The translations under genes were made by a program, and so were the position numbers. 64,000 nt of DNA from Amoebophrya sp. A120 (Eukaryota > Protista > Dinoflagellata): the NCBI GenBank assembly GCA_905178155.1, contig CAJINV010000003.1, positions 754,517 through 818,516 of the forward strand. Direction: 5' to 3'. The notes under the pieces were generated by a model, which worked only from the letters and a program-made list of their open reading frames with translations, was not told the DNA's origin and made no database searches. How positions within the stretch are numbered: the first letter of the stretch is position 1; every line of letters begins with the position of its first letter. Shown piece after piece: positions 35,735-48,200 of this stretch.

Positions 35735-37599
35735 CTGAAATGCTGAATCTGATGTACTGGTTTTCGTCTCATGTGCTCGAACACACGTGATGAGGTCGTT
35801 TTCTTTTCGGAGCGTATTTTTTCTCAAACGTAATCTCCTGAATTTTTTACAAAATCAGAAGCACTCGGCAAATGAACCGCAAAAGCGAATAGAGAGCAGC
35901 TCCTTGTCAGCACGAGCACGGCGCCCGCGGCCTGCATGGACGATTCAAAGGAGGCTGATAAAGTTAAAATAAGCTCTCCGACTCATCAACGTCTTGCAAG
36001 TCTGTTGCTGTTTGCCATGTCGAAAAGAAGTGCTGTGTATTAAGAGTTGATTCTAATTACGAAGATTTACAGCGATTGCACCGCTATCCTCAAAAACAAA
36101 AAAGCCTGCTCTAGAAGAACAAACTACAGGATTCTGATGGCAATTGCATTTTCGTGGGTGATGAAGCTAATTTCCCAAGGCTCACCAGTCCTGCTTTCCA
36201 TGTGACTCTGCATGCACATAGCCAGAAGCTGCATTTCGGGTCTAGCTTCAAAATGCATGTGGAGCTCGCTAGAAAGCAAAAGCTCCTGCAATGGACGAAG
36301 TGATATAAGCGTACTAGTGTAGTGTCTTGCTAAATGCGAGGTACTCGCTGCTCTACTCTACTGTCGTATTACTATGTCGTGGAATAGTAGACAGAGTCTT
36401 AGTAGTACTAGTACCTCTCAGAGATTATGATTAAAAGGAGGATGTTGCAGAGGGAGAGGAGGTAGCTATTTAAATAATGGGATGATTCTAATGTAATCGC
36501 AAAAATGCACATACTATGAAATGAAAATGATGGAGTTGCAGTTTTCGACAAGAAGTAGAGAAAAATCTATTTGAAGCCGATCACAAAACCACGTGGACCG
36601 CGTCGTTTTGTATTAAAATTTGTTTTACACAATTTCAATTCTCAAGGAAAAACAAATATCCATGAAAATGTGTGTTACTGCAAAACGCTACTCACAATTT
36701 GTCAACAATTCATAACTTTCTTGACTACTTTTTATGATCGCTACGCTTATGTTTCACAAATAGATAGAGATGGATAAAACGTGGCGCAGGCGTGCCAACA
36801 TTCGCAGTTGAAAATGTTTAAGAGCATCAGCATGTCTTTGCTTTCATCGATTTTTTGGCCTGTTGGTCTTTTATCTCCAGCAACTGGAGTCTCGCACTCG
36901 CATAGGCATGGTCATGACTGGATGTTGATTCTGATTTATTTTTGGCTCACACCCATAAAGAATAAGATGCGTAAAGTCGACAAAAAAAAGCTTCGAATCT
37001 TTCCAGGTTTTTCATTGTGCAGGGAAGTGCGAGTAGAAGACATGGGCACTACAACTATGGCTCTGCTCTTCTTGGCGGGCACAAGAATGCAAAGTCGTCC
37101 TTTCTTCAGGCAAAAAAAGAATCTCAACGGTGTCCTTCCTTGCGCGTGCACCAGGATCTCTCACCTTCTAAAATGAAAAGGGCGCCCTCATGCGCATGGA
37201 TGTGTGTGGTGCCCCGCGAATGGAGAGACAATTTAGAAATTTACTCAAATAGAAATAACCCAACGAATAGGAAATGCGCAGGCATCCACCTGCTTCACTC
37301 CGAGCGAATGTCAAATAATTCAAGGACCGGATGGACCAACCGAAAAGGAACATTTTCTTTTTCTGTGAAGACGGAAGAGAACACTGTGGCAGAAGATGCA
37401 AAAGAATTTGAGAGGGAGACGAGCTGAGGCGCCATTCTTGCAAATCGAGTAGTGCCAAAAGGTGCAAGCGGTAGATGCAGCTGCCTTCGCAAGAACCGAA
37501 ATTGATAAAACATGAAGTGACCATCTGGCCTATTGTCGCCGCACCTAGAAGTGGCGCAGAAGGACACCGATTGAAGGAGCAGTCTTTCGGTCGTGCTAG

Positions 37600-39397
37600 A
37601 TGAACAAGATGATGAGCAAAAATGACAAGACAGATCCAGCTGCTGCCTCCGCTGGGCCGAATACGGGTCCAGAGGAAGGTGCTGCGAATGGTCAGAAGCA
37701 GGGGGTGCAGCGAGACGGCGTACAGATTCTTGCTGCTAAAGATGCCCCCGAAGATGGTCTTGTTCCTTCATCTTGTCAACACACGACGCGTGTGGAGGTT
37801 GCCACTGCGCCCGTCCCGGGAACCAGAACTACTGACTTTGACGCGGAACACGGAAGTAATGAAAGTCTCGTCGAGACGACGAGACTGTCCTCACAGGACG
37901 AGCAGGACGCACTTTTTCGCAAAGTGATGACTGATACTGGCGGTTTGTACAAGGACCTGGCGAGCTGGTTGAAGCCCAGTCCACCCGAAACTGTGGACGA
38001 CTTGGACAAAATGCTGGAGAGTTATCGCCGAGGAACAGCGAACCAAACCCAGTTGCGGCAGGGCGCCCCCACTTCCTCCTCCACTTCGTCCGCGGCAACG
38101 CCCCCGACAGCAATCCATAACGTTCGCGCCCCACCATCGGCTTCGTCATCTGGTTCAGCAGCTGGTGGTTGCGCACCTAGTGCTAATACAAATACTGTTC
38201 CTCCGCATATGATCAAAGTACCATCTTCTACGGGCGAGGTGGTCGCGGTGGGCGAAGGCAACGACCTCATTGGTTCTGCTCAAAAAACACAATCTCACTT
38301 TTCGTCGCGGGCTTTAAGTACCCAAACCGTGACTGCGTCCTTGTCTGGAGGGAAAGCACAAATCTTCTCCGAGACCTCGATCGTGAGCAACGAGTCGCCT
38401 TTTGCTATTTTTCCCGCAACAGCTGCAGCAACAGGAGGATCGGGGCTGCTCTTTTCAACTGCTTCTTCTAGTGCGGGGGCGACCGGAGCTGGAGCTGCAA
38501 GTAGTTCTCAACAAACGACCTTGACTTCGAAAGAGCCACTGTCTTCATTTTCTTGTTCTGTCCTAGCACCAGATCAAAGCAGTACCTCCGGCTTACAGTT
38601 ACAACAGCCCGCACAGTCTACAACGAGATCAAATCCAGCATCGCCGGCGGGAAGCTCTTCTTCGTGTGAACGAGCAAGAAACGGTGCGATAGATGAAAAT
38701 GAAATTGTAATGGATGCAGCTGCGGCTGAAGTACAAGCACCCAACAACAAGCGCTTTCGATGGAAGTACAATAGCATTTCGCCGGACGACGACGAAGATG
38801 CTTCTGTCGCAGTGGCGCCCGCACTTGCTGCAGGAACAGGAGCTTCTTCAGACCTTCAACCGGCGCAGCTGCGCGTCGACATATCATCCACGATCATGGG
38901 GAACCAGGTATAATTTCTATCTGTGGTTGTGAAGCATGGCCATGAGTATGAAAGAGGAAATAAAGTACACGAAAATGATGAATATAAATATCAATATGCA
39001 TATTTTCTTCATCCTACATCTGAGTGTCGTGTAAGTAGCGTGTTTTCCTGTTCTCCTTTTTGCCACAATAAAGATCTAATGAATAAATGAACTCTCTCTA
39101 CCGTTGTAGGGCGGGTCGCCGTCGCAGTCCGGTAGACAAGCACAAGATCACGGCGCGCAAAAATTGGGAAACGCGACGAACATCGACGCAAAGCAAAAAA
39201 AAAATGCTTACGCGCAAAACCCCGATGTAAAAGATGAAGTGGCTGCTGATCGTGGCGAGGGTACTATCGCAAAGAAAGGCATTGATGTAGCGCCCGTGCG
39301 TCTACTAGGCCTTGGTGGCGAGGAGAGCGAGAGCCAGCATCTGGATCTCGCGGACAAGGATGAAACGAAATTGCAAATGGGTAGCAGTATAGGATGA
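37600..39397 (+). CDS. Hypothetical Ser/Thr/Ala-rich protein, 2 exons (intron 38908-39109)
   Basis: 437-aa ORF, CAG|GTATAA…TTGTAG| phase-0 intron joins it to the frame of the 39164-39397 ORF. Confidence 0.6.
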
Positions 39398-39845
39398 ATG
39401 CGATATTTTGATTTTGTTTTGTTCGCAATATTATACGCTGTGAATAATCAGTATCAGACTATCACGAAATTGAAAAAAAGTAAAAGGATACATGATAATA
39501 TGCATATAATTTATTTCATCGCCGGAAGTGGCGCTCTTCGAAGTCGAATATCATAAACCTGTTATGGTGAGGACCTGTGGCTTTCCGTGTTCGCCTGCCA
39601 TAGTTTGTTCATGCCATCTGTTGCTCCACGCCGCTGTTGCGGCTCCGCGTCGCACAAAGCCAGCCTGTACCCGGCGGTGGGGTACGAAACCTCCTGGCAG
39701 TGGGGGGCGGGGGGCACGAAGTGTGGCAGTGGGCGCACGAATCTGGCAGTGGTAACGCGCAGCCTCCTCCTCGTGCCCCCATTGCCGGCCAGGAGGCAGT
39801 GTGGGCGCGGATCTGGCAGTCGGGGGCCGAAGCTGGAAGTGGGGA

Positions 39846-42800
39846 TACGGAGCACAGCGGGATTGGGGACATGGCGGCCAGATAGGAGTGGGGGCACGGT
39901 GCCCCGCAGGGAGTGGGGACACGGCTTCCAGCTGGGAGTGCGTGGGGACACGGTGCCCACCTGAGAGTGGGGACACGGCGCCCAGCTAGGAGTGGGGACA
40001 CGGGGGAAGCCGGGATGGGGACACGGCGCCCAGCTGGGAGTGGGGACACGGCGGAAACCGGGATGAGGACACGGCGCCCAGCTGGGAGTTGTGGGGACAC
40101 GGCACGGCGAGTGGGGACACCACGGCCGTGGTGTCCCCACTGGCCGTGGTGTCCCCACTCGTCGTGGTGTCCCCGCTCGTCGTGGTGTCCCCACTGGCCG
40201 TGGTGTCCCCACTCGTCGTGGTGTCCCCACTCGTCGTGGTGTCCCCACTGGCCGTGGTGTCCCCACTCGTCGTGGTGTCCCCACTCGTCGTGGTGTCCCC
40301 ACTGGCCGTGGTGTCCCCACTGGCCGTGGTGTCCCCACTCGTCGTGGTGTCCCCACTCGTCGTGGTGTCCCCACTGGCCGTGGTGTCCCCACTGGCCGTG
40401 GTGTCCCCACTCGTCGTGGTGTCCCCACTCGTCGTGGTGTCCCCACTGGCCGTGGTGTCCCCACTGGCCGTGGTGTCCCCACTCGTCGTGGTGTCCCCAC
40501 TCGTCGTGGTGTCCCCACTGGCCGTGGTGTCCCCACTGGCCGTGGTGTCCCCACTCGTCGTGGTGTCCCCACTCGTCGTGGTGTCCCCACTGGCCGTGGT
40601 GTCCCCACTGGCCGTGGTGTCCCCACTCGTCGTGGTGTCCCCACTCGTCGTGGTGTCCCCACTGGCCGTGGTGTCCCCACTGGCCGTGGTGTCCCCACTC
40701 GTCGTGGTGTCCCCACTCGTCGTGGTGTCCCCACTGGCCGTGGTGTCCCCACTGGCCGTGGTGTCCCCACTCGTCGTGGTGTCCCCACTCGTCGTGGTGT
40801 CCCCACTGGCCGTGGTGTCCCCACTGGCCGTGGTGTCCCCACTCGTCGTGGTGTCCCCACTCGTCGTGGTGTCCCCACTGGCCGTGGTGTCCCCACTCGC
40901 CGTGGTGTCCCCACTCGTCGTGGTGTCCCCACTCGTCGTGGTGTCCCCACTGGCCGTGGTGTCCCCACTGGCCGTGGTGTCCCCACTCGTCGTGGTGTCC
41001 CCACTCGTCGTGGTGTCCCCACTGGCCGTGGTGTCCCCACTCGCCGTGGTGTCCCCACTCGTCGTGGTGTCCCCACTGGCCGTGGTGTCCCCACTGGCCG
41101 TGGTGTCCCCACTCGTCGTGGTGTCCCCACTCGTCGTGGTGTCCCCACTGGCCGTGGTGTCCCCACTGGCCGTGGTGTCCCCACTCGTCGTGGTGTCCCC
41201 ACTCGTCGTGGTGTCCCCACTGGCCGTGGTGTCCCCACTGGCCGTGGTGTCCCCACTCGTCGTGGTGTCCCCACTCGTCGTGGTGTCCCCACTGGCCGTG
41301 GTGTCCCCACTGGCCGTGGTGTCCCCACTCGTCGTGGTGTCCCCACTCGTCGTGGTGTCCCCACTGGCCGTGGTGTCCCCACTGGCCGTGGTGTCCCCAC
41401 TCGTCGTGGTGTCCCCACTCGTCGTGGTGTCCCCACTGGCCGTGGTGTCCCCACTGGCCGTGGTGTCCCCACTCGTCGTGGTGTCCCCACTCGTCGTGGT
41501 GTCCCCACTGGCCGTGGTGTCCCCACTGGCCGTGGTGTCCCCACTCGTCGTGGTGTCCCCACTCGTCGTGGTGTCCCCACTGGCCGTGGTGTCCCCACTG
41601 GCCGTGGTGTCCCCACTCGTCGTGGTGTCCCCACTCGTCGTGGTGTCCCCACTGGCCGTGGTGTCCCCACTGGCCGTGGTGTCCCCACTCGTCGTGGTGT
41701 CCCCACTCGTCGTGGTGTCCCCACTGGCCGTGGTGTCCCCACTGGCCGTGGTGTCCCCACTCGTCGTGGTGTCCCCACTCGTCGTGGTGTCCCCACTGGC
41801 CGTGGTGTCCCCACTGGCCGTGGTGTCCCCACTCGTCGTGGTGTCCCCACTCGTCGTGGTGTCCCCACTGGCCGTGGTGTCCCCACTGGCCGTGGTGTCC
41901 CCACTCGTCGTGGTGTCCCCACTCGTCGTGGTGTCCCCACTGGCCGTGGTGTCCCCACTGGCCGTGGTGTCCCCACTCGTCGTGGTGTCCCCACTCGTCG
42001 TGGTGTCCCCACTGGCCGTGGTGTCCCCACTGGCCGTGGTGTCCCCACTCGTCGTGGTGTCCCCACTCGTCGTGGTGTCCCCACTGGCCGTGGTGTCCCC
42101 ACTGGCCGTGGTGTCCCCACTCGTCGTGGTGTCCCCACTCGTCGTGGTGTCCCCACTGGCCGTGGTGTCCCCACTGGCCGTGGTGTCCCCACTCGTCGTG
42201 GTGTCCCCACTCGTCGTGGTGTCCCCACTGGCCGTGGTGTCCCCACTGGCCGTGGTGTCCCCACTCGTCGTGGTGTCCCCACTCGTCGTGGTGTCCCCAC
42301 TGGCCGTGGTGTCCCCACTGGCCGTGGTGTCCCCACTCGTCGTGGTGTCCCCACTCGTCGTGGTGTCCCCACTGGCCGTGGTGTCCCCACTGGCCGTGGT
42401 GTCCCCACTCGTCGTGGTGTCCCCACTCGTCGTGGTGTCCCCACTGGCCGTGGTGTCCCCACTGGCCGTGGTGTCCCCACTCGTCGTGGTGTCCCCACTC
42501 GTCGTGGTGTCCCCACTGGCCGTGGTGTCCCCACTGGCCGTGGTGTCCCCACTCGTCGTGGTGTCCCCACTCGTCGTGGTGTCCCCACTGGCCGTGGTGT
42601 CCCCACTGGCCGTGGTGTCCCCACTCGTCGTGGTGTCCCCACTCGTCGTGGTGTCCCCACTGGCCGTGGTGTCCCCACTGGCCGTGGTGTCCCCACTCGT
42701 CGTGGTGTCCCCACTCGTCGTGGTGTCCCCACTGGCCGTGGTGTCCCCACTGGCCGTGGTGTCCCCACTCGTCGTGGTGTCCCCACTCGTCGTGGTGTCC

Positions 42801-43256
42801 CCACTGGCCGTGGTGTCCCCACTGGCCGTGGTGTCCCCACTCGTCGTGGTGTCCCCACTCGTCGTGGTGTCCCCACTGGCCGTGGTGTCCCCACTGGCCG
42901 TGGTGTCCCCACTCGTCGTGGTGTCCCCACTCGTCGTGGTGTCCCCACTGGCCGTGGTGTCCCCACTCGTCGTCGTGTCCCCAGACGCGTCGTCGTGTCC
43001 CCACTCGTCGACGTGTCCCCACTCGTCGTGGTGTCCCCACTGGCCGTGTCCCCACACGGCCAATGGGGACACGGCCACCTAGTGGGGACACGGCCAGTGG
43101 GGACACGGGCACCCAGTGGGGACACGGCGAGTGGGGACACGGCCACCCAGTGGGGACACGGCGAGTGGGGACACGGCCACCTAGTGGGGACACGGCGAGT
43201 GGGGACACGACCACCTAGTGGGGAGACGGGCGGCCAGTGGGGACATGGCGAGTGGG
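39846..43256. repeat. GC-rich satellite with GTGTCCCCAC core: central ~158 x 18-bp array (40126-~42975) with 72-bp AABB higher-order period, flanked by inverted-orientation degenerate arrays
   Basis: Units CGTGGTGTCCCCACT+CGT or +GGC alternate 2:2; flanks 39846-40125 and 43064-43256 carry GTGGGGACAC. Confidence 0.97.
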
Positions 43257-45228
43257 GAAAGAACCTAGTAGGCAATCATAGACCAGAGCAGGGACGCGCC
43301 GCAAGATCATTGGCTGGCCTCTCAACTCATTGCAAATACACTCGCCACGACCAGCAGCGTCGGTATCGGATTCGGAAACAGAACTGCCTATACATCTCCA
43401 GGGCCGGCCGCCGCTAGTCTTCAGGGTGTTGACAGCAAGAACGAGGAGAAGCCAGGCCAGGGGGCGGGCAAAAAGGGTGGCGCCGACGTGGAAGTGGCAG
43501 GCGAAGACGCTGAATCGAGGAAAAAAAGGCTCGCGCAGGAAAGAGAAGAGCGGAAAAAAAGCAGAAAAAAAGAAAAGCGCGCAGACATGACACCAGCACA
43601 AAGGGCTGAGGCGAATGAGCTGCGCAGGGAGAAGAGGAAGAAGCGAAGAGACGACGAGCTGGCGACTAATCGGGCAGCGCGAGCAAGAAAAGAAGGCGGC
43701 GTCGCGAGTGTCGCCAAAGACAAGGACAACGCGCCGGGCCCGGGCAACGGGGGCGACGCACCTCAGTGACAAGGAGACAAAGATGCGAGCGCGACCATAT
43801 CATGTACATACTTACTGATCCTCGACCACTCACGAAGGCGAAAGCGGTCTCCAAGTCGGAAAACTCATACTCTTCGTGCTAGATTAGTAGTTGCACTTGC
43901 TCGTCTGCGTCTACAGCTGCGCGTATTGTATTTGCAAGCTCCCACCAATCTGTAGCATGCTAACATCAGCAGCATCAACTTTTTAAATATTTCTAGAGGA
44001 CGAGCCTTGTCCTCGGATTTTACTCGCTGTACACGAGCTTCCGGTCTTACACTTGGCTGTGGCATTGCGCATATTTCATATAGCAATCTAATAGAACCAC
44101 GAGGAGAGACCAGACCAGTAGTTGCAAATACTGGGGCGACTGTAATTTGCCGCCGGTCCAGCGACACAACGCCATCACCAGTATCGAAAGATCAGCATGG
44201 TTTTGTTGCATTTTTTTTTTCGAGAACAAACACGTTTAAGTACACCGGCAGTGCCAGTCCTGCAGAATGCACAGGAGCAAAATCCTCCATACTTTCGCAT
44301 ACTTCTTTATTTTTCTTGCTTTTTCTTTCATCGAGGCCCGCGAGCTATCAGCGTCATTCTTTTTTTTTTTGGAGTTTTGAGCAGGTTCGACGACGACTAA
44401 GACTATGAGGAACTGAAAAAGTACTAGAAGTGTGACAATCACACTAACATGAAACCGGAAATGAATATTCGACATTGGATTAGCATCGATTCTTCGAAAA
44501 GTCATCACGAACACGAGTGGCCAGGGCAAGGCGAGGACTTGCCTCTCGCTCGCGCGTCACACGACACGAGTCCGCGACAACCGAGACAACACGGTGCAGA
44601 TTTGCATTCCAAGAATTTTTTCCAGACCACGGTGTTGCTCCATAGACAGCGACTTTCTCAGTTTCACGACGTAAGAGGACGTGTTTTATCTTCCTTTGCG
44701 CTCTTTTCTTACCGAGGCCTAATTCTGGTCAGACCCCGCAAGCCCGAGGTGACTGAAGGTGGCTGAGTCTTGCATCGCACTAGGTGTTGATGCAAAAATA
44801 TTTTCGATTTCAGTTCTGCGAGTGTTTATGTTCGCGTTTGGTTGGTCTTGGTCGACTTAAACTTACGTATGAGCAAGGGGTACATCAAGGGGCTGTTGTT
44901 AAAACTCATTTTGTCTTCCAAACACTGCAGGAGCGACCAAACTTTGGAGAACTCAATCCGATGAGATGAAATGGAAAGCCGTCGGCAATATGCGAGTATT
45001 AGTCTTCGTTAATATTTCTATCAACATCAACACAGAAAGTGAAAGTGGAAGTAGTTAAGTGGTACTCGGTTACCTTTAGCTTTATTACCGGCACGAGCCT
45101 ATTGATTTAGTGGTCACGGGTACAACTCGCCACTTCTATCTGTCTGCGTGTACTACTTATTTGTGTCGATGTCGATGTAGCAGAGGGAGACGAGATCGCA
45201 GGCACTACTTCCTGTGCCTGCCAATCGG

Positions 45229-48200
45229 ATGACGCTCCCTTTCATCGCCAGTCACGGTGCAGTAGCTCCGGAGCAAAATCTAGCCTGCTCTGGAAAGCAC
45301 CCTAGTACTAGGAAAGGCGACGGCGATCCAGATGCAGAGTGTGTCCCGCCACCTGCCGCTGGCAAAAATGATACCGAGGCCGACATTGCTGAGCGTGAGC
45401 ACCCTCCGATCAAGAGGTGCACCACTACCGACCACGCTCCAGAAGAACCGTTTTTGAAGGCGGTGCTACGCCGTTACGGGTGTTTCGTCGGTCGGCACCC
45501 GAACGTTATCTGCTATTGCACCATTGTAACGTACGTGATCATCATCTGTTTCGGAGTTGGTCGTGGCGCGGGTGCAGGTGATTACGACAACCTGGAACGA
45601 AAAATCGAGCAGGACAACTTCATGAATCATTCCCCGATGGAGTTGCAGTGGTCTAGCAGCGGCGGGAAGTTGGAAAAAGGCATCCGGTTGTATCGACAGC
45701 TCATTGCGAAGGAAAAAATATCCGAGCGGGGCCGAGACAAGGAAAGCGAGCGGGTGCAACTGTGACTGTTTTACCTCTAACATTGGCATTGCTCCTTCTG
45801 CTTCTTGTTTTCTATTTCGGATTCAGCAATATGTCCACCGGTGGAACCGGATATGACTGAGATTTGTCAATTGTAATAGGGATCGACGACGCTTTATTTC
45901 AATGCCAATCGACTCAACACAGGACGTCGGCCGCGCGACGAATAACGACTGGCAAGATGCGTACCACACCACAATGTTCGTGCCCAGGGACCTAGAAGAA
46001 AACGTCGACTCTCCACCGTCGAGCATGGACGCAGCGACTCTACCCATCTTCCGAGAAATGCTGGAGTTACAGAAACAGATTTACAAACTGGAAGTGACTG
46101 TTGACGTTTCGGTGCCAGCGGCTGCGCAATCGACGCAGAGCAGTGTGCGACACGAACAACTCAAGTACAGTTTCTACGATCTGTGCAAGCGGGGTTTGTT
46201 TCCGGATCAGCCGGGCGGGGGTGTCGTTATGCCGTGCATGCTCGCGTCGCCGCTAACGTGCTTCAAAGAAACTGGTGATGTGAACCACGAATCTTATCGA
46301 GAGCTCGACGAAACCATCCAGGATATCATGCCCTTGCAGGTACCATATTCGACCCGACCCTCGCTCCTCGACGGCGTGGACATTAAAACCGATGCCGACT
46401 TGAAGCAGGTGCTCTCTGGCTGGCTTAACCCGGCGGACCCTGGTAACGCCAATGTGAAATCCGGTGGGAAGGGAAGCGAAAACGCCAGCTCAAAAACCGG
46501 TTGCGTTTCGGATAATGCGTTGTTAACGTGGTCCCATGACCTAGTCACTTCGTTTGCAGAATTCGATATCACGCCGGCGGAAGAAGTAGACGGTGGTGAT
46601 GCTAGTGATTCCACTCCCGAGCAGTTGATGCCAGACGTCCGCCTGAGCCGCGCGCTCGGCTTCCGCTTCGCAACGTACATCGATGCACCGGCAAAAGTGC
46701 AGTACCGCATGAGTCTGAATCACCCACGAACGCAAGATTTCGCGAGTAAGTCGCATTTAGCGAACATCAAGACGGCGATTCGAAAAATGGATCGCGCCTA
46801 TCACAACTTGGTATCGGCTTTCAATGAAAACGCACAGCACACGGAGGTGAGCAACTTTCCGACCTTTTTTCTCGACGACTTCGAAGATGAGCTGGAAAAT
46901 GTCGACACGATCTATTTCAACGTGGGCCTGGGTATCTCCGCGGCGTTCACATACCTGATTCTCGTGTCGCTGAGGCACCCTTTGGCATGCCGTTCCGCGG
47001 TCGGGCTGGCGGGCTTGCACATGATTGTCTTGTCCGAGCTGTTTGGGTTTGTGGGTCTGTATTTCTACGTCTTTGGGAAGCAATTCAACAGCACCATTCT
47101 TCTCGTTTTGCCCGTACTAGCACTCGGCGTTGGCCTCGACGACATGTTTGTTATCATTCGCTATTTCAGCGGCCTGGGCTACGCGTTTTTCGACTCTCAC
47201 CGGGCTTCGCCAGAGGAGATCATCGGGGAGACGTTGGCCCGCGCCGGGGTGGGCACGACGCTTTCGTCGCTGTGCAACATTCTGGCCTTCGGTGCAGGGG
47301 CGTTTTTGCCGATTCCAGCGATGGCCGACTTCTGCCTCGCAGCAACGCTTCTGGCGCTCTCGAACTACATCACGACCCTGAACTTGCTCCTCCCTGTCTT
47401 GAGCTACGAGGTGGAGCGAATTCAAAATCTAGAGGCGGAAAGCGTCAACCCGCTGATCAAGGCACAGCATCAGGACGCGTTTCGGAGGGCACTACAAATC
47501 CTCTCCACCGGCGGGGACGAGGACGAGGATGCTGCGGTCGTAACGACTGCTACAGTTCCGGCAGCCGCAACCAGACACGCCGATCATCAGGAGGCAAGCG
47601 ACATCATCAATCGGAAGTTGCGGCGCGGCTTAAGCATGGAACAAGACAGTGTCTTCAGCGAGAAAGCCACTGGTGGAGACGAAACTTCGGTAAGAACGGA
47701 GCAAAAAAATGCTGCGGACATCGGGATGAAACTGCGGCGAGGTCTGAGCATCGACATTGCCACCCACATTCCCGCCACCACGGAGCGCGGACGTGCAGGT
47801 ACTGTCAGCGAGAAACAAGCTCATCTACTTTCTGGGTGCGACATAACAGCTACGCACAGTGGTGAGTTCATGGGCAGCTCCGACTCTTTCGAGAAGAAGT
47901 TGTTGCACTGGCTGTCAAACAGCTACGCCCCGAACGTCATCTGTCATCCGGTTGCTTCTGTATTCCTGTCGCTCTCTGGGTTCGCGCTGTGTGCGGTCTC
48001 CGTCTGGGCTATTGTCAACGTGGACTCTGGATGGGCTCCGAAGGACCTCCTGCCCACCGATCACTATCTCTACCGCGCCTTCGAGCTGGTTTTCTCCATG
48101 TTTAGCACGTTTGAGTCCACCCTCATCATTCACAACCCGGCAAAAACCCCTCTGGACATAGCGGCATCACAACGAAGCATTTTGACGCTCGTCAGGGACT

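Noticed and set aside
36939-36949. Dinoflagellate spliced-leader relic (TTTTGGCTCA)
   Set aside because: Only a ~10-nt match, expected by chance; no SL RNA context
40126-42975. CRISPR array
   Set aside because: No unique spacers, no cas genes, eukaryotic context
39562-43417. Six ~1000-1200-aa ORFs (SGDTTT, WGHHDE, VVSPL, WCPH, GVPT repeats)
   Set aside because: They arise from a stop-free 18-bp satellite; no synonymous variation, no credible start or signal, and open in all frames
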